DNA of 61,176 bases, the filler included, from an uncultured bacterium (GTDB lineage: Bacteria; CAYJOG01), in NCBI GenBank assembly GCA_964371695.1. It is 6 parts of 6 records of this genome, joined end to end, with 100 filler letters (N's around TTAATTAATTAA, not from the genome) between each part and the next. Parts side by side here need not be neighbours in the genome. Positions count along the whole stretch, not along the records: positions 1 to 10,520 come from CAYJOG010000059.1; 5 more parts are not named here. One strand, written 5' to 3'. Within the stretch, counting starts at the first letter, position 1. Each line of letters starts with the position of its first letter. Both the position numbers and the translations under genes were made by a program. Positions 1 through 8,377 of the stretch are shown one piece after another. A model generated the notes under the pieces. That model did no database searches. It was not told where the DNA came from and worked only from the letters and a program-made list of their open reading frames with translations.

Positions 1-1
1 G

Positions 2-427
2 ACATGGGTAGTAGACGCCAGCGTGGCCATGAAATGGTTTGTTCAGGAGGTTGATTCTGACAATGCCTTGGCTTTGCTTGATCAGGTTGGCCCCCTGGCA
101 GCCCCGGACCTTTTGCTTGCAGAAGTTTTGAATGGCCTGTGGCGCTTGAAACGCAAGGGAAAAATCACACTGCTGGAGCCCGAAAATATTTTGCGCACCC
201 TGCGTGGAAGCATTGGGCATTGGCGTGGACTCCATGAACTGGCCGATCAGGCCGCCGCGATTTCCGCCCTGCTGGATCATCCTGTTTATGACTGTTTTTA
301 CCTGGCCCTGGCCCAGAACGAAGGAATACAGTTGATCACAGCGGATATGCGCCTGCTGGAACGGCTTCAGGAAACCCGTCTCGCCAATTTGGCCGTTGAC
401 CTTGGCAAGTGGAGACCAGCCGAATAA
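2..427 (+). CDS. vapC: PIN-domain (VapC-type) toxin/ribonuclease, 5'-partial
   Basis: Frame is open to the window edge and reads TWVVDASVAMKWF; also has E-x-x-N and HPVYDCFYLALA...LITAD PIN motifs. Confidence 0.85.
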   Translation, partial: TWVVDASVAMKWFVQEVDSDNALALLDQVGPLAAPDLLLAEVLNGLWRLKRKGKITLLEPENILRTLRGSIGHWRGLHELADQAAAISALLDHPVYDCFYLALAQNEGIQLITADMRLLERLQETRLANLAVDLGKWRPAE

Positions 428-473
428 TGGCAAGGAGTTGGTCAAGCCCCCTTTATTTCGCACCCGGTTTGTC

Positions 474-501
474 TTGAACCCCCACAGGGCCACCCTAGAA
501 T
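474..501 (+). promoter_or_regulatory. putative sigma70 promoter of ppdK
   Basis: TTGAAC (474-479), 16-nt spacer, TAGAAT (496-501). Confidence 0.45.
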
Positions 502-570
502 GGCCCCATGGCAAAAGCCCCTGGGGGTTTTCTGCCGTTTGCCCACCACCCGTGTTCAAGGAGCGCCTGC

Positions 571-3309
571 ATGGCCAAATCCGCCAAACCCGCCAAACCT
601 GTTTCCACCTCTGGCAAAACCAGCCAGTGGGTCTATTTTTTTGGCGGCTGCAAGGCAGATGGCACGGGCGGAATGAAAGACCTGTTGGGCGGCAAGGGGG
701 CCGGACTGGCCGAAATGAGCAAGGCCGGTGTGCCCGTGCCGCCGGGTTTCACCATCACCACCGAGGTGTGCAACCGTTATTACAGCGACGGCCCCAAGGT
801 GGTAGATCAGGTTTTCCCCATGGCGCTCGCGGCCATGGCCAGGGTGGAAAAACTCATGGGGCGCAAATTCGGCGACCCAGCCAATCCCCTGCTGGTGAGC
901 GTGCGCAGCGGGGCCAAGTTTTCCATGCCCGGCATGATGGACACTATTTTGAACCTGGGGCTGAACGACGAAACGGTGCAGGGGCTGATCAAGGTCTCCA
1001 ATAACCCCGTATTCGGCTGGGACTGTTACCGCCGGTTCATCCAGATGTTCAGCAACGTGGTGCTGGAGATTGACCACCATCACTTCGAGCACGAGCTCAA
1101 CAAACTCAAACAGAAGCAGGGATTCACCGCCGACAACGAACTGGGCGCGGCGGACTGGCAGAAGGTGGTGGGGCTTTACAAGGCTCTGGTGCGCAAAACC
1201 ATCAAAAAGGATTTCCCCCAGGACGCCCGCGAGCAGTTGCGCCTCGCCGTCACCGCTGTTTTCAAAAGCTGGAACAACGACCGTGCGCTCATCTACCGCC
1301 GCATGAACGACATTCCCCACGACCTGGGCACCGCCGTGAACGTGCAGGCCATGGTGTTTGGCAACCTGAACGACAAAAGCGGCACCGGCGTGGGCTTCAC
1401 CCGCGACCCGGCCACCGGCGAAAAGGTGTTCTACGGCGAGTTTCTCATCAAGGCCCAGGGCGAAGACGTGGTGGCGGGCATTCGCACTGCCGAGCCCATC
1501 GCCAAACTCAAAACCGTGTTGCCTCAAGCCTATAAACAGCTTCAGGACATCACCACGCGCCTGGAAAAACATTACCGCGACCTTCAGGACTTCGAGTTCA
1601 CCATTGAAGACGGCCGCCTGTTCATGCTGCAAACCCGCAACGGCAAACGCACCGGCTTTGCCGCCATCAAGGCTGCCGTGGACATGGTGAGCGAAAAACT
1701 CATCGACAAAAAAGAAGCCATCCGCCGCATGGAGCCGCAGTTTCTGGATCAGTTGCTGCACCCGGTGTTTGACCCGCAATCCCGCAAGTCCCACACCGTG
1801 CTGGCCCGCGGCCTGCCCGCCAGCCCCGGCGCGGCCAGTGGCCACATCGTGTTCACCAGCGCCGAAGCGGTGAAGTGGAAACACCACAAAAAAGACGTGA
1901 TCCTGGTGCGGCAAGAGACCTCGCCCGATGACATTGAGGGCATGTATGCCGCCAAGGGCGTGCTCACCCTCACCGGCGGCATGACCAGCCACGCCGCCGT
2001 GGTGGGCCGCCAGATGGGCCTGCCAAGCGTGGTGGGTTGCGGCTCGGCGCGCCTGGATGAAAAAAAGAAACTGCTGATGGTGGGGGGCCAGACCCTGAAA
2101 GAAGGCGAGTGGCTTTCCATTGACGGCACCACGGGCGAGGTGCTGGCGGGCCACGTGCGCACCATTCCCAGCGAAGTGGTGCAGGTGGTGATGGGCAAAC
2201 TCAAACCCAGCCAGAGCGCCCTCTATCAGCAGTTCAACCAGATCATGTTGTGGGCTGATGAAATCAGACGGCTGAAGGTGCGCACCAACGCCGACACGCC
2301 CGAAGACGCCGCCCTGGCGGTGGCCTTTGGGGCCGAGGGCATTGGCCTGTGCCGCACCGAGCACATGTTTTTTGACCCGGTGCGGGTGCCCATCATGCAG
2401 GCCATGATCCTGGCCGAGAGCCGCGAAGACCGCGAAAAATTCCTGGCCAAGCTGGAGCCGATGCAGGAAGACGATTTTCTGGGCATCTTCAAGGCCATGG
2501 ATGGTCGCCCCGTCACCATTCGCCTGTTGGACCCGCCCCTGCACGAGTTTCTGCCCAAACGCGAAGAACTGATGCTGGAAATCCAGCGCCTGGAACTGAA
2601 AGGCGCCAGTGAGGCCAGCCTGAAAAAGAAAAAACGCCTGCTGGACCGCGTGCAGCAACTGCACGAGTTCAACCCCATGCTGGGTCTGCGGGGCTGCCGC
2701 CTGAGCCTGCTCATGCCAGAAATCACAGAGATGCAGGTGAAGGCCATCCTGGGCGCGGCCATCCGCCTGGAGAAACAGGGCAAAAAAGTGGTCCCCGAAA
2801 TCATGGTGCCCCTCACCGGCCACGTGAACGAAATGAAAGAGATGAAAAAACTCATTGACGGCGCGGCCAAAGAATCTTTTGAACGCACGGGACAGAAAGT
2901 GCGTTATCTGGTGGGCACGATGATCGAGATTCCCCGCGCCGCCATCACCGCCCACGAACTGGCGCATTACGCCGAGTTTTTCAGTTTTGGCACCAACGAT
3001 CTGACCCAGATGACGTTTGGGTTCAGCCGTGATGACGCAGGCAAGATCATTCGCCACTACACAGACAACGACATCTTTCGCCACGATCCCTTTGAAACCA
3101 TTGACCAGGATGGCGTGGGCGAGTTCATTCGCATCGCCCGCGACAAGGGCAAATCCACCCGCAAAAACCTCAAGCTGGGTATTTGCGGCGAACACGGCGG
3201 CGAAGACAAAAGCGTGGCTTTTTGTCACCGTGCGGGGCTGGATTATGTGAGCTGTTCACCCTATCGCGTGCCCCTGGCGCGCCTTTCCGCCGCCAGGGCG
3301 GCGCTCTGA
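571..3309 (+). CDS. ppdK: pyruvate, phosphate dikinase
   Basis: LGGKGAGLAEM, LVSVRSGA, GGMTSHAAVV (phospho-His), GLCRTEHMF, FSFGTNDLTQ, GICGEHGG; AAGGAG RBS before ATG 571 (in-frame ATG also at 508). Confidence 0.97.
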   Translation: MAKSAKPAKPVSTSGKTSQWVYFFGGCKADGTGGMKDLLGGKGAGLAEMSKAGVPVPPGFTITTEVCNRYYSDGPKVVDQVFPMALAAMARVEKLMGRKFGDPANPLLVSVRSGAKFSMPGMMDTILNLGLNDETVQGLIKVSNNPVFGWDCYRRFIQMFSNVVLEIDHHHFEHELNKLKQKQGFTADNELGAADWQKVVGLYKALVRKTIKKDFPQDAREQLRLAVTAVFKSWNNDRALIYRRMNDIPHDLGTAVNVQAMVFGNLNDKSGTGVGFTRDPATGEKVFYGEFLIKAQGEDVVAGIRTAEPIAKLKTVLPQAYKQLQDITTRLEKHYRDLQDFEFTIEDGRLFMLQTRNGKRTGFAAIKAAVDMVSEKLIDKKEAIRRMEPQFLDQLLHPVFDPQSRKSHTVLARGLPASPGAASGHIVFTSAEAVKWKHHKKDVILVRQETSPDDIEGMYAAKGVLTLTGGMTSHAAVVGRQMGLPSVVGCGSARLDEKKKLLMVGGQTLKEGEWLSIDGTTGEVLAGHVRTIPSEVVQVVMGKLKPSQSALYQQFNQIMLWADEIRRLKVRTNADTPEDAALAVAFGAEGIGLCRTEHMFFDPVRVPIMQAMILAESREDREKFLAKLEPMQEDDFLGIFKAMDGRPVTIRLLDPPLHEFLPKREELMLEIQRLELKGASEASLKKKKRLLDRVQQLHEFNPMLGLRGCRLSLLMPEITEMQVKAILGAAIRLEKQGKKVVPEIMVPLTGHVNEMKEMKKLIDGAAKESFERTGQKVRYLVGTMIEIPRAAITAHELAHYAEFFSFGTNDLTQMTFGFSRDDAGKIIRHYTDNDIFRHDPFETIDQDGVGEFIRIARDKGKSTRKNLKLGICGEHGGEDKSVAFCHRAGLDYVSCSPYRVPLARLSAARAAL

Positions 3310-3334
3310 GCCTGAGGAGGCCGCTGCAAATTAC

Positions 3335-5935
3335 ATGTCCCAACCCACTTCCCCATCGGCTTCTCCTAAACCTTCTGCCAAACGGGAATCCAAAACCTCC
3401 CGGCAGGGACAGAAAAGCCGGTGTGGGGAAGGGGAGGAGGCCGCTTCTTATTGTGTTCCCCTGGCCCAGGCTCCGCTGCAAACCGGGGCGCACGCCTGCT
3501 GGCTGGGGTCTCTGCTCGAGGCGGGTTTTGACGTGCGACCCGGATTTGTGGTGTTGCCCAAGGTGTTTGAGGAATACCAGTTATTGGGCCGACTGGCCGA
3601 AGACGCCACACAAGCCATCGCAGATTCCCTCAAGGCCATCACACCCAAAAACGGTCAAAAATCCGCGCCGCAAAAATCAGAAGGGCTTTCTTGCAATGGC
3701 CTGATTTTGAGCGTGTCGGTAGATGCCGTCATGCCCGATACCCTCAGCCCGCTCTGGGCCATTGGCGCGTCAGACAGCGCCGTGGGCAAGCGGGTGATGG
3801 AAACCCTCTGGGCCTATCTGAAAAGGGAAGGGGAGGGGGAACTCCCCTGTGCCCGAACCGTTGAGGAAGCATTGCTGCAGGGCGTGTCCCTGGTGTATGG
3901 CTGGTGGGAATCTGAAGTGATGGTGGGCCTGCGGCAAGTCCAGAATCTGCCCCGCAACCTGCCCATCAGTGTGGTGGTGCAGAGTGCGCCTTTCCGGCCC
4001 GAAGACGAAGGCGTGTTCGCCCTGCGCCTCACCTCACGGCATCCTTATACCGGCGAGGCAAAACTCTCTGGCGTGGTTTATGCGGGCGCGGTGGGAGACG
4101 ACCCCATCTATCACGACGGGGCAGGGGAAACATGGGACGAAACAACGCTGCTGAGCGGCCAGGGCCGCGCCGAACTGGCGGTGTTGTGCCGGGGAATCGA
4201 AAAACACATGCGCGAGATGGTTGATATTTCTCTGGCTCAGGGGCCAGACGGAAAAGTCTGGATCACCCGTGTGCAACCGGGCACCGGCACGGTAGAGGCC
4301 ACCGTGCGCATCGCCATGGACCTTTACACCGAGGGCATTTTGCCTGCCGAAGACGCCATCATGCGGGTGCGCCCCGCAGACCTGGAACAGGCCCTGCGCA
4401 GCCGTCTGACCGCCGCCATGAAAAGCCACCAGTTGGCGCGGGGCAAGGCGCTCACCAGCGGCTGGGTGCGCGGCGCGCTGGCCTTTGACCCAGACGACGT
4501 GCCGCGCCTGCGCGAAGAAACGGGCAAACAGGTGGTGTTGTGTGTAGACCGTCTTGGCCCCATGCGACGCGAAATGCTTTTTGGCGTAGACGCGGTGCTG
4601 TGTCTGGAAAAAAGCGTGCCGCCGCAGGTGATGAGCGTGTTTCTGGCCCGCAACACACCGTGTCTGTTTGGCCTGGAACCTGCAACGATTCTCGACAAAT
4701 CCCGTCTGAACGCAGGTGGCAAGGTGCTGGGCCGGGGCGATCTGGTGATGATCGACGCCGACAACGGCGTGCTCTATGACGGCCAGACCGCACCCGGAGA
4801 AACCACGCTGCCCGAAGAGTTCCGCACTCTCACCAAACTCACCGATCAGGTGGGCGGGGTGGGGGTGCGGGCCAATGTGGCCACACCGCAGGAGGCCGCC
4901 CTGGCGCGGAACCTGGGGGCCCAGGGCATCGGCCTGTTGCGCACCGAGCACCTGTTCCGCACCGACCGGCGCAAAGACGTGATGGCCCAGCTCATCCTGG
5001 CCAGCAATCCCGCCCAGCGCAGAGAGGCCCTGGCCGACCTGCTGCCCATCCAGCGCCACGATTTCCGCAACCTGTTTCAGGAGATGCAGGGCCTGCCCAT
5101 TACCATCCGGTTGCTGGACCCGCCGCTTTATCACTACCTGCCCACCTACGAAGACCTTTTGCGCGAAATGAACGAAGCCCGCATGAAGGGCGACTTCAGC
5201 CTGCCCGACGAAAAAGAACAACTGCTGCGGAAGCTTTTTGAACTGAAGGAACAAAACCCCATGCTGGGCCTGCGGGGCTGTCGCATCGGCATTCTTTACC
5301 CCGAAATCTATGAGATTCAGGTGAAAGCCGTGTTTGAGGCGACCATTGACCTTCTGGAGGAAGGAAAGATTATACGACCCGAAATCCTGGTGCCGTTTGT
5401 GGACCACACCAACGAGGTCAAAACCCTGGCCCACGCCATGGAGCAGGCAGCCCGCGAGGTGATGCGGCGGCGCAAACGCGAGGTGCCGTTTGTCTTCGGC
5501 ATCATGATCGAAACCCCGCGCTCGGTGATGGTGGCGGCGGACCTGGCGCAATACGTGGATTTCTTCAGCATCGGCTCGAACGACCTGACCCAGACCGCCT
5601 ATGGCATGTGCCGTGAAGACGCCGAAGGCCGTTTTCTGTTCACCTACATCGACCGCGGCATTTTCGAGAAAAACCCCTTTGAGGTACTGGACCGCGACGG
5701 CGTGGGACGGCTGATCACCCTGGCGATTCAGGAAGGCCGCCAGACCCATGGCAAGCTGGTGGTGGGTTTTTCCGGCGCCCAGGCGACGCACCCGGAGACG
5801 GTGCGCTTTGCACTGCTCAACGGCATCAACTATTTGAGCTGCCCGGTGGCCCACCTGCCGGTGGTGAAGCTGCTGGTGGCTCAGGAAGTGCTGCGGGCCA
5901 CCAACCCCGTGAAATTCCGTCGCGGCCAGGAGTGA
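3335..5935 (+). CDS. PPDK-like protein with degenerate ATP-grasp and His domains and a conserved PEP/pyruvate-binding barrel (probable pseudoenzyme)
   Basis: Colinear with ppdK (GLLRTEHLF, TIRLLDPPL, NPMLGLRGCR, MIETPR, SIGSNDLTQ) but has no TSH motif and GICGEH is replaced by GFSGAQ. Confidence 0.85.
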   Translation: MSQPTSPSASPKPSAKRESKTSRQGQKSRCGEGEEAASYCVPLAQAPLQTGAHACWLGSLLEAGFDVRPGFVVLPKVFEEYQLLGRLAEDATQAIADSLKAITPKNGQKSAPQKSEGLSCNGLILSVSVDAVMPDTLSPLWAIGASDSAVGKRVMETLWAYLKREGEGELPCARTVEEALLQGVSLVYGWWESEVMVGLRQVQNLPRNLPISVVVQSAPFRPEDEGVFALRLTSRHPYTGEAKLSGVVYAGAVGDDPIYHDGAGETWDETTLLSGQGRAELAVLCRGIEKHMREMVDISLAQGPDGKVWITRVQPGTGTVEATVRIAMDLYTEGILPAEDAIMRVRPADLEQALRSRLTAAMKSHQLARGKALTSGWVRGALAFDPDDVPRLREETGKQVVLCVDRLGPMRREMLFGVDAVLCLEKSVPPQVMSVFLARNTPCLFGLEPATILDKSRLNAGGKVLGRGDLVMIDADNGVLYDGQTAPGETTLPEEFRTLTKLTDQVGGVGVRANVATPQEAALARNLGAQGIGLLRTEHLFRTDRRKDVMAQLILASNPAQRREALADLLPIQRHDFRNLFQEMQGLPITIRLLDPPLYHYLPTYEDLLREMNEARMKGDFSLPDEKEQLLRKLFELKEQNPMLGLRGCRIGILYPEIYEIQVKAVFEATIDLLEEGKIIRPEILVPFVDHTNEVKTLAHAMEQAAREVMRRRKREVPFVFGIMIETPRSVMVAADLAQYVDFFSIGSNDLTQTAYGMCREDAEGRFLFTYIDRGIFEKNPFEVLDRDGVGRLITLAIQEGRQTHGKLVVGFSGAQATHPETVRFALLNGINYLSCPVAHLPVVKLLVAQEVLRATNPVKFRRGQE

Positions 5936-5949
5936 CACCCTCATCATTT

Positions 5950-5998
5950 CCCTCGCCCCTTTATGGGGAGAGGGTGGCGCAAAGCGCCGGGTGAGGGG
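5950..5998. repeat. REP-like palindromic repeat family A (CCCCTCACCC...CCCTCTCCC...GGGAGAGGG)
   Basis: Two-hairpin unit; other copies near 14452, 23126, 28574, 28761, 51362, 53961, 58748, 58913, 58982, 59202, 59319, 61136. Confidence 0.85.
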
Positions 5999-6180
5999 TT
6001 GGACATAAGCCACAAAGTCTTTATCCCTCATATCCCATGCCCATGGCTATCGAAGCTGGCCGCAGGAAGAGCGGGCGTAACTGCAGGAGGGCAAAACCAC
6101 CCCCGACTTCGCGTCGCATAATGATAATTATGTAATCATGTAATCGCGCGACCGCGCCCCTGCGTGATACAATTCAGCTC

Positions 6181-6378
6181 ATGAAAGTTGCAAGCAAAAT
6201 ACATGAAGAGCGTAAGGAGCACACGGAGAGCTTTCACTTGACGAATACGGACGTGGAGGCGCTGAACCGAGGTGCTGTAAGCTTTGAAGCTGGCCGTGTG
6301 AAACCTTGGGAGGAAGTCAAAGCCAACCTGAGAGCCAAACTTGAGGATGCAAAAAAGAACTCTCACAGTAACCGATGA
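6181..6378 (+). CDS. putative antitoxin (ParD-like C-terminus)
   Basis: 65 aa, overlaps the toxin start; EAGRVKPWEEVK resembles motifs of ParE/RelE-associated antitoxins. Confidence 0.6.
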   Translation: MKVASKIHEERKEHTESFHLTNTDVEALNRGAVSFEAGRVKPWEEVKANLRAKLEDAKKNSHSNR

Positions 6379-6688
6379 AGCCCAGGCCGATCTTGACGCG
6401 ATTTTGGAGTATTTATTAACCAACACCTCTGCCGCCAACGCTGCTCAGGTAATGGGTTGGATAGAACAAACCATTGAGTCTTTGTGTGAAGGCGCAGAGA
6501 GATATGCGATTATCGAAAGAGATGGTGTGGTGAAAATCATGAGAGGCGTTCGTGTGCATGCCTGCCGCCCTCTTACCGGTAAACGAGTGCGACCCACACG
6601 CTGGGTCGTTTATTTTCAACTGCATGAAACCACCGTAGGTGTAATCGGTGTACGCCACACCAGTCAAAAGCCTATTTGGGAAGAATAA
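6347..6688 (+). CDS. RelE/ParE family toxin
   Basis: TVTDEAQADLDAILEYL...IEQTIESL...WVVYF...VIGVRH pattern; locally lower GC. Confidence 0.8.
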   Translation: MQKRTLTVTDEAQADLDAILEYLLTNTSAANAAQVMGWIEQTIESLCEGAERYAIIERDGVVKIMRGVRVHACRPLTGKRVRPTRWVVYFQLHETTVGVIGVRHTSQKPIWEE

Positions 6689-6720
6689 TCTTTATCGGCC
6701 CCAACCCTTTTATACGCCCA

Positions 6721-7473
6721 TCACGCCCTGAACAACAAACCCTGACCCGTGGGCAGGCCCAGAATCTGCTGACCCATGCTGCAGGCAAAGTCATTCAGGG
6801 CCAGGTGCTGCACGTCGTGGCCCATAAAGCCGTAGTCGTCCATCACCACGCAGGCCCCGGGCGTCAGGCGGGGCCATAAAAATCGCAGCGCCGCCACCTC
6901 TGGATACGCCATGTTCATGTCCAGGTGCAGATAAGCCACCGGCTCGTCCGGCAGTTCGGCCAGCGTTGTCGGCACTTTGCCGCGTATCAGCTTCACGCCG
7001 GGTTTGTCCCTGAACAGCGCCTGCACAGGCTCCCATGAATCCGGGTAATGGCCATAACGCTCGGCCAGCCCCAGTTCCTTTTCTTTTTCCAGCATCTGAT
7101 CCACCGGCAGGCCACTGAAGGTGTCCAGCAGATACAACGTTTTGCCGCTGGTTTCAAAACCGGTGTAGTGATAAATCATCACCGCGCCGCCCCCCAGGTT
7201 CACGCCGCATTCCACAAAGTTGCCGGGCAGTTGCAGTGCGCGGCGGGCGGCCCAGCACCGCACCCAGGCCCGCCAGTGATTTTTGGCGTCGCCCCAACTG
7301 CCGGTGGCGCTGCCCATTTCCCAGGATTCAAGAAACAGCGGGTCCGCCAGAAAATCACTGGTGTGCCAGGTGACGAGGCCGTCAGCCATGAAGGTGGGTT
7401 CCAGCACCTGCCCTTCCTGATTTTGCGCATGATTGGCTTCGCCGGTGGTCACTTCAGTCTTCCTCCTGGGCAT
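6721..7473 (-). CDS. TylF/MycF-family O-methyltransferase
   Basis: GNFVECGV, YLLDTFSG, LHLDMN, VVMDDY motifs. Confidence 0.85.
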   Translation of the reverse strand: MPRRKTEVTTGEANHAQNQEGQVLEPTFMADGLVTWHTSDFLADPLFLESWEMGSATGSWGDAKNHWRAWVRCWAARRALQLPGNFVECGVNLGGGAVMIYHYTGFETSGKTLYLLDTFSGLPVDQMLEKEKELGLAERYGHYPDSWEPVQALFRDKPGVKLIRGKVPTTLAELPDEPVAYLHLDMNMAYPEVAALRFLWPRLTPGACVVMDDYGFMGHDVQHLALNDFACSMGQQILGLPTGQGLLFRA

Positions 7474-7586
7474 ATTGTTTGCGACGGTAAACCTTGCTGC
7501 TGATTTTCACCTTGGGGCGTTTGGACCGCAGCGCTTTTGAAAACACCACACCCGAACGGAATTTTTTGCCCCGACGTTTTTTCATG

Positions 7587-7760
7587 AGAACCTGTTTATA
7601 AAGTAGTCAAGAATCTTACAACAGGCTCTTGCAGGCCAGGGATGGCCTGCCCTGAAAACCGGAGGATTGAAAATTCGTAGGTTTTCGCCCCGTCGAGGGG
7701 ATTTATTCCCCGATGGCGGGGGGTTTATAAAGTCCAGGAGGGACTTTATAAACAGGCTCT
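7587..7760 (-). mobile_element. MITE-like structured element, copy 1
   Basis: 18-bp terminal inverted repeats AGA(A/G)CCTGTTTATAAAGT (7587-7604, 7743-7760); colinear homology with 55452-55636. Confidence 0.75.
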
Positions 7761-8374
7761 GAGGGCCGGGCCGCCTGATTTTTGTCGCGCCGCCAGGGCA
7801 GCCACGCGGCGAAATCGTGCCTGAGCCGGTGGCTGGCGCGCCGGGCCAGATAGATTCGCAGGCCCACCTTCACCACGGCCACGTCGCTCTGGCTCAGCAC
7901 CTGGGCCATGGCCTGGCTTACGTCCGGGTGTTGCTCGCGCCCCAACAGCGACAACATGAGCAGCGCGTGTTTGCGGCTCATGCGCCCCGCCAGACTTTTC
8001 ACCGCCACCACCCTCAGCCACGGGTTGTGGCTGGCCTGCAACCGCTCCAGGGCCTGGGCCACCGAGAGGGGCGGGGGCGGGGATATCCCCTGCCCTGCCC
8101 CATCTGCCGGAGACGTGGCGGCGAACAACGACGCCTGCATGGGGTGCGGCGTGGGCGTTGATTCTGTCACAACGGTTTTTTTCAGGGTCCGTTTGAGAAA
8201 ACGATGGCTTTCGAGAATTTCCCGGTAACGGGCCTGCACTGCGTCGCTGTCTCCGGCCACGTCGGGGTGACAGGTTTTGCTCAACTGCAAAAAAGCCTGA
8301 CGCGCCTGCTCCGCCCCCGCGTGGCCGGGCAGGCCCAGGGTTCTCAGCGCCGCCTGCACCGTGAGTTCCTCCAT
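7703..8374 (-). CDS. J-domain protein with a HEAT-like C-terminal region
   Basis: N-terminal J domain with HPD (KTCHPD); last ~19 codons lie inside the MITE-like element. Confidence 0.75.
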   Translation of the reverse strand: MEELTVQAALRTLGLPGHAGAEQARQAFLQLSKTCHPDVAGDSDAVQARYREILESHRFLKRTLKKTVVTESTPTPHPMQASLFAATSPADGAGQGISPPPPLSVAQALERLQASHNPWLRVVAVKSLAGRMSRKHALLMLSLLGREQHPDVSQAMAQVLSQSDVAVVKVGLRIYLARRASHRLRHDFAAWLPWRRDKNQAARPSEPVYKVPPGLYKPPAIGE

Positions 8375-8377
8375 GAC

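Noticed and set aside
556-6031. Long antisense ORFs opposite the ppdK genes (and similar ones elsewhere)
   Set aside because: Shadow ORFs expected from high-GC codon bias opposite clearly identified genes.
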